From assembly GCF_006345805.1 (NCBI RefSeq), contig NC_042999.1:159402001-159466000 (forward strand): 64,000 bases of DNA. Direction: 5' to 3'. Positions 38,999 to 52,115 of this stretch are shown piece by piece; the stretch's first letter is position 1; each line of letters opens with the position of its first letter. The DNA comes from Octopus sinensis. Its lineage: Eukaryota. The position numbers were made by a program, and so were the translations under genes. A model generated the notes under the pieces. It was not told the origin of the DNA. It searched no databases and saw nothing but the letters and a program-made list of their open reading frames with translations.

Positions 38999-40244
38999 TT
39001 ACTTACTGCTCGAAAGTTTTTGCTTTCTCCTCCGTTGGTTTGTCCTCGAGAAGATCCCATACAGTTTCTTTGTGAGATATTTTTGGCATTTACCAACCGC
39101 ACTGGGGAAAATGCCTTTGAGTGTGTGGTGCAGACTTTTGGATATGTGTATTATTTTGATGTGGTCTGGTGGTGTTGTGTATGGGTGGTTGTTTGTTTTT
39201 ATGTCATCTTCTGTTATGTTTGTTTTTGATTGGATGTATTCCATCAAATTTGTGTTTTTTGGTGTCTATGGCTGTGAGCATGTTTGCTGTATATGTTTTT
39301 GTGGTGTTGGTGTGGCTGTTGTTTGCGTTGGGTTTTGAAATGTCTTCGGGAGATGTATTTCCCCCTGCTTTGTTCGTGTTTGCATTTGGTTTGGTTGTGT
39401 TTCTGCTCTTATTTCCTTCTTTTTGTAGCTATTTGCCATTCCTCACTGGTTTCGTCTTCCGACGAAATGTCTGAGGAATCAGAAGGGGGTAGGGGTATGT
39501 TGTGGGCTTCTATGTATGTCTGTGTAAGTGGTTGTGTTGTTGTTTTCGTTTGTTGGTTGTTGAGTGTTTGTGTGTGTTGAGTGCGGTATAAGGATGGGGA
39601 TCAGTTTGTTGTGTGTTTTCTTTGTTTTTCTGTTCCTTTGGGTTTTGCTGTTGATGGTAGTGTTGGTATTTTTCCAGGTGTCGAGTGGTTTTTGGTTGAT
39701 GACGGATTAGCTTGGTGTGCTTCTCTGTCGTCTTCTGTGTTGATGGTGGTGTGGTTAGTAGAGCTTTTTTTCCGGAGTGCTTTGGTTGTGGTAGTGGTTG
39801 TTGTTGTTGCTCTTGGTGTGCAGTGGTTGGGCACGGTCTTTTCAAGTGTGTTTCGCTTCCACACAAACTAGCACGTGGTCGCCTGCCCTCTACCACTATA
39901 TAGAGTTTGTAGCCTCCTGGCAGTTCTATAGCGGTGGGTATCTTCTCTCTTTCTGCTTCATCCAATTGAAGCAGGAATTCGATTGATTTGCCCACATAGT
40001 CTTTCTCTCCTAGAACCGCGATTTCCAGGATGTTTGTCTCTGACATTGTCTCTGACATTTCAAAGCAGATGGCAGAGACCACCCATTGTGTTTCGACATC
40101 AAATGGTATGTTTTTTATTTGGACTTTCGTGACCCTTTTGTTTAAATAGACTGGTATCATTACCAAGTCGTCCGAATGTAGCTCCAATGTGGAAAAACGT
40201 TTTGCTAAACTTTCGTTGAGGAAACGTACTTGGACTGTACCAAA
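38999..40244 (-). pseudogene. 3' part of ORF1 of Tx1 copy 3
   Basis: [39 protein letters not shown] (knuckle altered). Confidence 0.8.
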
Positions 40245-40295
40245 GATAGATAGATAGATAGATAGGTAGGTAGATAGATAGATAGATAGATAGAC

Positions 40296-40389
<94 letters not shown>

Positions 40390-40390
40390 G

Positions 40391-40430
<40 letters not shown>

Positions 40431-40451
40431 CAGATAGACAGATAGACAGAC

Positions 40452-40494
<43 letters not shown>

Positions 40495-40515
40495 CAGATA
40501 GACAGATAGACAGAC

Positions 40516-40600
<85 letters not shown>
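40245..40600 (+). repeat. (ATAG)n array with ACAG/GTAG variants
   Basis: Direct reading. Confidence 0.95.
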
Positions 40601-40601
<1 letters not shown>

Positions 40602-40820
40602 GTTTCTTTATTGGCCACGCAGGGCTGCACACAGATGGGACAAGTTACAAGGTAGAGCTTTTCTTTAGGGGGATGAAAAAAAAGAAAAAGCACAAAACAA
40701 AGGAAACAAAAAAAGGTGGCGTAAGTTTTCGATCAAAAGGGATCGTAAAAGGGAAAAAAAGAACAAAAAATAAAAACTAAAAAAAAGGAAAAGGAACAAA
40801 AGAAAAGAGAAATGAAAAAA
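40601..40820 (-). mobile_element. Short 3'-end fragment of a divergent subfamily of the same Tx1 element
   Basis: GTTTCTTTATTGGCCACGCAGGGCTGCACACAGATGGGACAAGTTACAAGGTAGAGCTTTTCTTT and TTCGATCAAAAGGGATCGTAAAAGG match the 3'UTR of copies 1-3 with substitutions; embedded in ATAG. Confidence 0.85.
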
Positions 40821-41088
<268 letters not shown>

Positions 41089-41799
41089 TATTATAATAGG
41101 AAGAATAGCATAAGAAATATATACCTACAAACATGAAATTAGATATCAAAGTCTGAATGCACGGGTATATGTGTGTGTGTGCGTGTACATACATATATGT
41201 ATGTATACATTTTCATTCATATACGCACACACCCATACATACATGTATGTGCGTATGTGTATATATTAGAGGAACATGAAGCTGCGCAGTACAGTTTAAG
41301 CTTATCTAAGTGAGATATTTAATCACTGTTAGTGCCATGACTCTACTTAATAAGAATTAACTAAGCGGAATGGAGCTCAAGTATACCACAAAAAGAAACT
41401 CTGTAATATCTACAACAATTTTCTTCGAGAGATATCCAAATGGCTCATTGTTAGCACCTGGGGGTCTGACGTCGGCAATAAAACAGTAAACACTGTGGTT
41501 TAGCCATGCAATTTATAGCCATTGTTGATATCGTGAATAGGTAGTATATGAATTGATCAGGAACGGGCAAAGGACAAAGCGGCCGCTATGATATCGCTGA
41601 CAACGAATTAACCCCATGAAATAATAGGATAATACAGGATTTACACAATATGATGAAATACTTAAAAAGATGCAAGGAGAGACACAACTGATGAGACTCA
41701 TAAACCTGATCAGTGCTTGATGCTATCACTGTGAATTAAATGGTAAAAATGCGTCTCAACTATTTTACATAAAGAAATAATGTAATATTTACAAGATGT

Positions 41800-42300
41800 C
41801 TCGCGGAATATGATAGGGTACCTTAGGCCGTCTCGCTGTGATTGTACCTTGGCCTGACACTTTCTCTATTTTTTTTGTTTTTATTCGTGATCACAAGGAA
41901 TTTTCGATACGATCCTAAGACCACTCCTACAGATGACGTCTATAATTCTATAGATTCTGCTGTCTCTCTTCCAGGCCTCACAAGCATAAGTCGTTGTCTA
42001 TTTGACGATGAAGATGTAAAGAAAGTTTATTGTCTTGGTTGATGGAGGAGTTGGAGCATACAGACATCAGGCACAAAAAGACAGCTGAAGCTCTGCCGAG
42101 TTTCTTCTCTCCATCATTCTTAAAGTTTCTATCTTTACCGATGCTTTCCAACTAGAATTAGTCCTGATATGCGTCGTCAATAATCATTACTTTCATCTTT
42201 TTCATTGCTGTTCAGAAGATCAGCTTTAAGCTGCTTTACTAAGACGTATTACCAAGATTTACTTTGCGCATACCGATGAAGATACCCGTGAGAGCAAGAA
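41800..42300 (-). mobile_element. Ancient RTE-type LINE remnant
   Basis: TTYACEAWK..IDVICRSGLRIVSKI resembles the RTE post-RT motif YACETW..LDVF..RCLRKIL. Confidence 0.4.
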
Positions 42301-43823
42301 AAGGGTTATAGAACGTGAAACAGAACTGTATTTTCTGGTTGAAGACTATCGAGAAAGGCCAGATGGGTGTGGATCGGTTCAAGACGTAGAAAATTTAGAA
42401 TATTTTGATAGTCATTCAGCCGTTGTTGAACTAAAAACATTTATCTGTGTAACACAGTATAACCCATATAGCACAGTTAATTATAGTTGTCGACATCACG
42501 AGTGGTTAATATACAATTCCAAACAAGAACGGACAAAATAGCGAAGCGGATGCTGTTGCTGTTTCGACCGAAGGATTTTGTCAGGTGTCTTTTTTATATA
42601 TCCTGACAATTTTACCTATTCAAAAAGGTATGTAGTAGGAGAACTATATATATTTGCATTATTAAATCTCAGAATGAGATTGAAACAGTAATCGCTCGAT
42701 AATGTAAAGTATAGAAGCCATCTTAACATGGCTAACCACATAGGGGAGGGGATGTTACTGTAGCTTTATAGTCCCAGGAGATCGTCGTCTCCAGCTGGCT
42801 TTAGACACCATTTCAGTGCCCTTGAAGTATTTGCTAAAAGTCATATTGAGATAATAGCAGGAATCAAGAAAAAACAAAAGATTTTTCGAAGGAACATTAA
42901 AAAATGTTTATCCTGACATTAGGTGAGACTTAGACAAGAAACAAAACACATAACAATAGGAAATTTAATGCTAAGAAATGGAAACTCAATTATCCACTCA
43001 ACCCAAAAGGCCTAACTCAACCCTCGGAAAGTTAGAATGTTATAATCAACTCCAAATGACCCAAATTAGAATAAATCAATAAATATCTATTATTTATATT
43101 AATGTTATATAAGGATGATTATTTTTAGCGATAAATGGTTATAATATGTATGAAGCTTAGGAACATTGTTATGATTTAGAAGTTGGAAATTCAATTTTGT
43201 ATTGCCAGACCAGGTTGTAGTTCGGAGAAAACTTATCGTATATTACAATCATTAATATTATACGTATAATTAATGGATCACATACCACTTATTCAACAAT
43301 ATGGTAATTACTTGAAACGGTAGTATTATACGATGATAGTGTAATTGAAATAGATATATAAAGCTGTAATAATAACTTCGAAAAAAATAAAGTGATAAAT
43401 ATGTATGAAATAAAATGATTTAATTGTGTGAGATTATAATGTATCATAATAGAAAGTGTTGGCATGATAATATATGAAAAAACAAAAAATTCATACATAG
43501 GATAGGAGAGAAATATGCAATGTATTAAAGAAATACGTTATATAGATTTGTGGTAAATGGAAGGTTGGTGATAACATATCACTGGGTTCTAAGATGGTTT
43601 ATAGTTCATATATGACTGCAATAGCTTATAGGGATTTCGTATTCTCGTTATGTTTTACTTAGAAACAGTGAGCTAACGAGGATAACAGTGATTCCTTCCT
43701 CCACATACGTCATATACCGTAACTAGAAAAGCATCACAGTTGACAAGACCCTTCTGTAGGATATTATGTCGTGCGATATTATGTGCGTGTATGTGTGTGT
43801 GTGTACGTACATATATATAATAC

Positions 43824-43856
<33 letters not shown>

Positions 43857-44036
43857 ATATCTATATATATATATATATAATATATAAATGGATGAATGAA
43901 TTATCCTTTCTTACCGTTAACATGGAAAATTCAATAAACAGTTACCGGGGTAGCAAAATTCAAGCAAGTAACACGGATGAAGCGACCTATTCAAAGGTAA
44001 GAACTCCGGGTTAATGTGCAGTAATTGGTGTATTAT

Positions 44037-44186
44037 AAGTAAATAAATGGAGTTGAACGAAGATGTTAATAAAATTCTTTTAATTTCGACATATGTTTCG
44101 CAACTTTCTCATCAGGAAAGAAAGAGAGCCTATCTCAACAACAAGAATAACATTTTAATAACATCTTCGTTCAACTCCATTTACTT
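44037..44186. mobile_element. ~150-bp mini element with 25-bp perfect inverted termini
   Basis: TAAATGGAGTTGAACGAAGATGTTA (44044-44068) and its exact reverse complement (44159-44183). Confidence 0.65.
44084..44119 (-). ncRNA. Minimal type-I hammerhead-ribozyme-like motif
   Basis: TTTC-CTGATGA-G(AAAGTTG)C-GAAA-CATATG-TC-GAAA: 4-bp stem I, intact core, palindromic stem III, GUC site; stem II weak. Confidence 0.5.
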
Positions 44187-44195
44187 ACTTATATA

Positions 44196-44255
<60 letters not shown>

Positions 44256-44934
44256 AGATAATCAAGATTCAGTTGAATTAGGTACTTAAGTTGTTGAGGC
44301 ATCAAGTCAGTCCGATATTCTTCGCACACCTCGAAATTAAGTGAATAAAAACCAAATAAGTAACAAGGACGTCCATGTATTAGCGCATATAAATATACAT
44401 ACACACAGAGAACGCGGGTGGGGAAGGGAAAAATTATCATACATATACACATACATATATACATACAAACATATATACGTACATATGTGATGAGAGAGTG
44501 TGTGAGTGTGAGCAACCGTTATTTGAGTGCGCTGTATGTGTCAACTTGGTCATGGCATTTCTGAGACTCGCACGAAGACTAAGAGAAAGAACAAAGTAAG
44601 GAACAAGAGAATAACAAAAATAATATAATTACACTGTGACGAAGAAACAGCAAAAAATTTTACTTTTCGGATATCAGTCCTTTGTCAAGATCAAAAAAGC
44701 ATGAAAAGATAAAGTGAAAGCGTAAATGTTGTGCCCTTCAGTAAATCATGTTGAACGTCAAAGCATTCTGAGCGGAAATACTTAGAATTATGGTTTGTTT
44801 AATAGACATAAGAAAGTAGCGATAAGCCTGTGTGAAAAATAATTATTCTAAGAAAAATGAAACTCTGTGTATTAAAAAAAGAGTAATTTGGTGCTTTGTA
44901 TACATATACATGCATGCATCTGTGAATAGACAGA

Positions 44935-45152
<218 letters not shown>

Positions 45153-45231
45153 CCCAAAAGAAACCAGAATTTTGCAATATTATTTTATTCACTTAATTTT
45201 ACATGTTTACACTTTTATCGCCTTCAGATTA

Positions 45232-45555
45232 TGGAAGCACTCCGTCGGTTACGACGACGAGGGTTCCGGTTGATCCGATCAACGGAACAGCCTGCTCGTG
45301 AAATTAACGTGTAAGTGGCTGAGTACTCCACAGACACGTGTACCCTTAACGCAGTTCTCGGGGATATTCAGCGTGACACAGAGAGTGACAAGGCCGGCCC
45401 CTTGAAATACAGGTACAACAGAAACAGGAAGTAAGAGTGAGAGAAAGTTGTGGTGAAAGAGTACAGCAGGGATCACCACCATCCCCTGCCGGAGCCTCGT
45501 GGAGCTTTTAGGTGTTTTCGCTCAATAAACACTCACAACGCCCGGTGTGGGAATC
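45232..45555 (-). mobile_element. SINE family A, 5'-truncated
   Basis: Family-A body and tail; head cut at the B box. Confidence 0.88.
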
Positions 45556-45769
45556 CCTAAGCAACAGCAGCCATAATCCGAAAAGAAGAACAAGTCAGCA
45601 TCATCGGTAACCACTGAGCCGCAGGTTTTATGTCAGAGTTATCCCAGTTACCTGACTTACCTTCTCCTAGAAGGATGCCCTAACAAAGGCTAGGAGTCCT
45701 TCACTCCCAATGGTTTAACCGCGCGATCGGGTATTCAGTCCGATTATTTCTATGTCCCCCCGCATGATA

Positions 45770-46601
45770 CAGCCTTAAGACATTTATTGGATGGCCGTTG
45801 ACTCACAAGAGTTTATCCGCCCTTTGAAGGGTTTTGATTTTCATCCCGCATACATACATGCATACATACATACATACATACATACATACATACATAGAAA
45901 GGAAGACCATATTAAAAGTTAAGCCAAACTGGAGAAATGCTTCGTCGTATTTTCTTCTTCGCTTCTTAGGTGCCTCTCTCTGATTATTAGGTCCTGCTTG
46001 AACAGACTTTGTAACATTGATATCTGCATCATTGCGTTTGTTACTCAAGTCCAGCCATTTATCCACAAGTAAAAATATTTTTATTTTGATATATAAATAA
46101 AATAACTCTTCATAAAATAATTATGAATTTATTTAAATATATACCGACCTTAATCGAATAAAACAGTAATATGTAGGGAGAGTTTACGAAAGAAAAAACA
46201 AAAGACGAAGACAGGTTGTGTACAAAACAACCAGATGTATTAGTATAACGCTCAGGAATAGAAAAAGTCCTTTACGTTTCGAGCCTACGCTCTTCTACAG
46301 AAAGGGACGCAGAAAAAACAAGGAGAGAAAAAAATGTGTGTAGTGGCTAACGATCTATCATGGCGACTAGTAATATGTATTGTTATTTATACTCTTATTA
46401 AGATGAACACAATCAACCAACTGCACTGAAAATACATACGTTGTCACTGCACTAGTTGCGCGTTTTCTTACCGTAACGCTGGCTTGGGGCATCACGTTAA
46501 ATATTGCGCATTGCTGAAATAACATATAAACTGAAATACAAGTGTTTGAATTTCCCCTCCCGACCCCATTTCGGGTTGCGACCTATAGTCTAAGAAGCGC
46601 T
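45770..46601 (-). mobile_element. hAT-Charlie/Buster-like transposon 5' remnant
   Basis: Terminal CAGCGCTTCTTAGACTATAGGTCGCAACCC at 46601; N-terminal peptide MDKWL..KKRRRKYDEAFLQFGLT..MK..L..KL..HP typical of Buster/Charlie BED-type transposases. Confidence 0.6.
46176..46368 (-). mobile_element. 193-bp insertion with 11-bp TSD carrying a degenerate hammerhead-like motif
   Basis: TSD AGTAATATGTA (46165-46175, 46369-46379); CTGTAGA-A-GAGC(GTAG)GCTC-GAAA-CGTA on the minus strand. Confidence 0.6.
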
Positions 46602-47531
46602 GGTTTACATGATGACGTTCTCGGTTTTAATAACATTCTAACTTTACAGATTTTGCAACATAAAACGTAAAGGGTTTAGAGGCATACTAAAGAGATAAAG
46701 TTGCGAAAGCTATTTGTTTCCACATTTTTTTCACATCCGATTTTCTGTATATTTAACATATTCCAATACATTGGAAATAAGTTTACTTCATTCAGAATAG
46801 CTAAAACTCAGTTTGTGAGTTATTGAAAAGATGGATAGCACTTGCTAACATGTGTTGGCCTCTAATCTCTTTAGTATTGAAAGTGATGTTTGATATTTGC
46901 TGAGAAAATATTTAGTGACGTAAAATCCTGTAGATAAATTTTTCCTCGTTTAATGGATGAATACATAGAAACCTTACTGTTTTGTCATCCCTAAGATCAG
47001 TAGGGAATTTCTAACTTGTTTATATTTTTGGTTTCTATTTTCTAAATTTGCTCGGTATGAACGTTTGTAACAATCATTTTCAGTAGCTTTTTCGTAGATG
47101 GTCATGCTGATGATGCTCCTTCATCACTTTTGTAAATTCCATTCATTACTTTAAGTAAAGCCTCAAGATGTATGATGTATGCGTACTCGAAATTCTATGT
47201 TTATTCCCATAGAATAATAACCTACGTTAGCTCACTGAAAATTTCCTTGAAGTAAATAACACAAAGTGTCCTTTCCTTTCTAAATTGCATGCTTTCTACA
47301 ATTTCTCAGCTACCAGTGAGGGTTAAAATAGCGTTTTAAAAATATTTAGGTTAAATTAGTGAATAATGAATTTGAAAAATTATCTTGTAAAAACTTAGTC
47401 CATCAACATCCTTGCTATAAATAGAAAAATTTTTAATTTTTGTCTTCATAATACTACCTGGGAAACTTTATTAAAGTAATGCCTTGATTGTTTCTTTAAG
47501 AGATTCTGGATAACCATAATGTAAACAATTG

Positions 47532-47915
47532 TGGAGACGCAATGGCCCAGTGGTTAGGGCAGCGGACTCGCGGTCTTAGGATCGCGGTTTCGATTCCCAG
47601 ACCGGGCGTCGTGAGTGTTTATTGAGCGAAAACACCTAAAGCTCCACGAGGCTCCGGCAGGGGATGGTGGTGATCCCTGCTGTACTCTTTCACCACAACT
47701 TTCTCTCACTCTTACTTCCTGTTTCTGTTGTACCTGTATTTCAAAGGGCCGGCCTTGTCACTCTCTGTGTCACGCTGAATATCCCCAAGAACTACGTTAA
47801 GGGTACACGTGTCTGTGGAGTGCTCAGCCACTTACATGTTAATTTCACGAGCAGGCTGTTCCGTTGATTCGGATCAACCGGAATCCTCGTCGTCGTAACC
47901 GACGGAGTGCTTCCA
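47532..47915 (+). mobile_element. SINE family A
   Basis: Full length; TSD AATGTAAACAATT. Confidence 0.9.
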
Positions 47916-48309
47916 CAATGTAAACAATTCATGCTCATTTGAGTAATTTTAACATTCTTGTAAATTTAAGAAACAATTTCATATATTCATTTCTTAATAA
48001 ATGGAATTAAAAGTACAAAAAATAAGATACAGTTTATTTCATTTCAATGAAGTACAGAAATTGTAAACTTTTACAATTTATGCAATGCTACTAGTTTCTG
48101 CGCCAGTTTTCGCACAAATTCTAATGAGACTGACATATGAAACGCTACTGTATAACGTTAAGGATTGTATGAACATTATTCGCTTTGGCAAATCGATTAC
48201 CGAATATGAGAATTACATAAATGATATAAAATACATTGAGTTTTTAAAAAGTTATTCTCATTAACTTTACGGAAATTTGTGAATTAAGACTGAAAGAAGA
48301 GAATAAAAT

Positions 48310-48313
48310 GTTT

Positions 48314-48408
<95 letters not shown>

Positions 48409-48519
48409 ATATGTATATATATACATATATATATATGTATATATACACATATATACATATATATATATAATATATATATCCATATATTATATATAGATAT
48501 GCATTTACATATATATATG

Positions 48520-48572
<53 letters not shown>
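48310..48572. repeat. (TA)n microsatellite
   Basis: Direct reading. Confidence 0.95.
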
Positions 48573-48576
<4 letters not shown>

Positions 48577-49041
48577 ACATTCAATAATTCCGAAATAATT
48601 ATATCATACGGTAATCATATGGGCCATATCACAATATGTTTCGTGGTAATAGAGTAGCATATTAAATTTCAGTGTAGATTAATTTTCATAAATAATGACG
48701 GTAATAGATGCGGAAATGGCATAGGTGCAATTTCACTGTTCCATTTTCGAGCCTACGGTACGACAATTACTTTGCTCAATAGCCTTAGGTGACCAATAAA
48801 CTGTGAATAGGGTTTGGTAAGTGGAAACTCTGCAAGGGCCTGTTGTACTCACACAGTCAACACACAACACATACGCAAACACTCGAACGGAAACTACATA
48901 CACACATATATATATATATAAATCATATACTACATACATACATTATGTATGTGTGTATGTATGTATGTAGGGAGAAAGGGAGGGAGGGGGGATGAAGGAG
49001 TGAGAGATGACTGGATGGATGAATGAATGGATGTATATATA

Positions 49042-52000
49042 CAGGGCCGGATTTAAAGTTTGTTGGGGCCAGGGGCAGTTCAAGTTCGGTGGGCCCCTTA
49101 TACACAGAAATTAAAATCCATGAAAAATCACCAAATTTACATTTCAAAATCCGTCGATACCCGTAATTAAATTGATTAGTTAACATGCAGAAAGTTTAAC
49201 TGTATGCCAATGCAAAATTTTGTCATCTAGAATAAGTACAGTAAGTTTTCCCAACTTAACACAATATACTACAAAACATCCAAAGAGACTACGTTTCTCT
49301 TCTTGGTATCTTTAATGATTTCCTCGAACTACATTATCTTTAGAAGACTGCCTTCTACAACCAGTAGGTACAGAGTACTTAGTCATTGTGATACTCAGAT
49401 AACTCTTTATCAATCCCAATTTACTCTCCTAAATATTGTCCATCAAGCTCAAATAAGAGCTACAACAACATTTGGAAAGGTTTCATCAAGCCCTTCATTA
49501 TGGATGAAAAGTGCAAGGTGAAAAAGGACCTTAGCTTACTAAAGGTTGCATATTGTACTATTTCTTCAATGAACATATTCCTTAAATCACAGGGGAAAGT
49601 AATGATGATTGTCTCCGCTTCAATTATTAACTCTGCATCAAGCAAACTACATAAGTACACTTGATTGGTAGGCTAGTCTATGTTTTTGCAAGGCGACAAA
49701 CAACTGATCTAAAGTTATATCTGAAAGTCTCGTATCAGAATATTTCTCTTGCCGAAATGACAACTTCAACCGCGGTTGAAACTAGATCTTAACCATGTTT
49801 GATTCTCCTATTTTGTTTATTAGTCGTTGTTTATTGTCTGTGCTTCCACACGTTACCGACATCCAGTTCCAACTCTTTAAATTTATCCCGATGTGATTTC
49901 AGGAAGTTTTCCAAGGAATCGGTTAGATCCAACACTTTTTTTAGATCAACTTCATCTCTATGTAAAGCATTATTCTTACTGTAAACCGTTAAAGAATTAA
50001 ATGCTAGATCTCAGCCATTAGAATAGTTGCAAAACAATCCATTTTGTCTGCAAATCACTGAGCTTCATACCTTGCTCCTGGTGCTTGTTCCAAATCCTCA
50101 AGTGGTGCTCCAATATGATCACAACTTTTGGGCTGAAAAGTATAAACGAATACTTTTTATATGAAGCCAATATAGCTAGCAGTTGAAACACAGTAAGAAG
50201 TAATAGCATGTCCAACAAAATTCAACGAATGAGCATCACAGGGACGAATATTTTAGCGAAGTAGCATTTTTATCCCTGTGTAGTGATCGAATTTATAACT
50301 GGTGCCCACATAGGGCTGTCTTCAAAGTTTATACCCAATTTTTATAAAGAAATTCTAACACAGATGTCACCGGTGCTTCCGCTTTAGGAAAACCAGTCGG
50401 ATTCCCAGACACAGCATAATGCACAATGACTGCTAACTGATCAACAGGATTGCAGTTTGGCGTTTAATCTACAGAAACTAACAAATACTTGGTAATTTTT
50501 ATTTCTGCTACAATGTGAATCATATTTAGCACAGCAATTTCTTCGAAGATGGTAGTAATAAGCATCACTGGTGACCTCTTTCAAATGCTTTTCAAGTGAC
50601 CAACCAGAAATTGATCTAATTGCGTAATAAATTTCATAATTCTCCCAAAATCCCCATTGTGCTAAGATCTTATTTCTTCACTACCTCCTTAAATGCCAGG
50701 CCTCTTTCTGCTGCAGATATTGTCACAACCATAACATATTTCATTCCAATCCAGTGTTACCCTGCACTCGTTTTTCCAACACCCTATAAACATGAGAACA
50801 TTCCCTACATAAACAATTGAACTTCAAACACTGAATCTCTGTTGCCTTGGCTTTGTTCATGTGCTCACATCTTCTCCTCTGCTTTTTCCCAATGATTAAA
50901 GCCATCCTTGTTGGAAAATCTGTCACGACGGCCTCACTTCAAAGCACTCTTTGATAGGATCCACTTCCTCAAATGCATCTTACCATTGTCCCAAATAGTT
51001 TAAAACACTGAATTTTAAAAACAATGACAGTGACCATTCAGTTCACCATCACCTTTTGTTTATAATGGCGTGAGGATTCAGTGTTCTGAAAGACATCTAT
51101 CTGGTTCGTTGTAGATCCAAGGATGGAACTTCACTATTCATGTCAGTAACATACAGTGATTGGAATTGGAAGCACTCCGTCGGTTACGACGACGAGGGTT
51201 CCGGTTGATCCGAATCAACGGAACAGCCTGCTCGTGAAATTAACGTATAAGTGGCTGAGCACTCCACAGACACGTGTACCCTTAACGTAGTTCTCGGGGA
51301 TATTCAGCGTGACACAGAAAGTGACAAGGCTGGCCCTTTGAAATACAGGTACAACAGAAACAGGAAGTAAGAGTGAGAGAAAGTTGTGGTGAAAGAGTAC
51401 AGCAGGGATCACCACCATCCCCTGCCGGAGCCTCGTGGAGCTTTAGGTGTTTTCGCTCAGTAAACACTCACGACGCCCGGTCTGGGAATCGAAACCGCGA
51501 TCCTATGACCGCGAGTCCGCTGCCCTAACCACTGGGCCATTGCGCCTCCACATACAGTTATACTTCATCTTCAATATCTTGAGTTGTTATAGTACTCTTA
51601 TTTTATGCAGATGTACTTGGGAGTGAAGATGGTTTCCCAAAACGGAACATTTATTATTGATTCTTCATTAGCTTTCCTTATTTCGAAGCAAAGACAAATT
51701 CTGCAAATTGTTGTGCCATTGCCAATACAATAGCATTTTTCATTTCTTTCTTTTTTCACATGACAGCTGAATATTCCGTAGTGTACTGGATATTTGTGTG
51801 AAAATATAATTTGAATTAATGCAAAGAGAAAATAGTCTCAAAATCAAAACGAGCTGACAACAGCCATGTAAACTCAATTCGTTTAATCTAGCCACAAGCA
51901 TACTAGACCAGTTAGTTTACACATATTTCTGTTATTCTTATGTCTGGGGCAGATAAGTAGCCCAGCAATCAAAGTAAATCAAATGTTAAGAGAAAAGAAT

Positions 52001-52115
52001 TCAATCAATAAACAGCAAATCGAGGAGTACAGATTCAACATTTCGTTTTTATCAAATTACTTTTTTCAGAATTATTCTTTACTTGCATAGGGCCCTAGAA
52101 ACGATCAATCGCCAT
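49042..52115 (-). mobile_element. Decayed hAT transposon (ZMYM1/hAT19-like transposase remnants)
   Basis: Terminal CAGGGCCGGATTTAAAG; broken KY..SVD.TP....DQLAVIV.Y and PCDAHSLNFVG motifs; degenerate GGGCCC..AATC.GCC right end. Confidence 0.65.
51167..51549 (-). mobile_element. SINE family A inserted in the hAT remnant
   Basis: Full length; TSD ACATACAGT. Confidence 0.9.

Larger units (their letters stand above)
35136..40244 (-). mobile_element. Tx1-clade retrotransposon copy 3, 5'-truncated within ORF1
   Basis: Highly similar to copy 2 but with real substitutions (DKDNLGC vs DRDSIGC); truncated at ..GTACCAAA|GATAGA. Confidence 0.95.

Noticed and set aside
43942-43996. Candidate exon YRGSKIQASNTDEATYSK|gtaaga on +
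   Set aside because: Weak polypyrimidine tract and no neighbouring exons.
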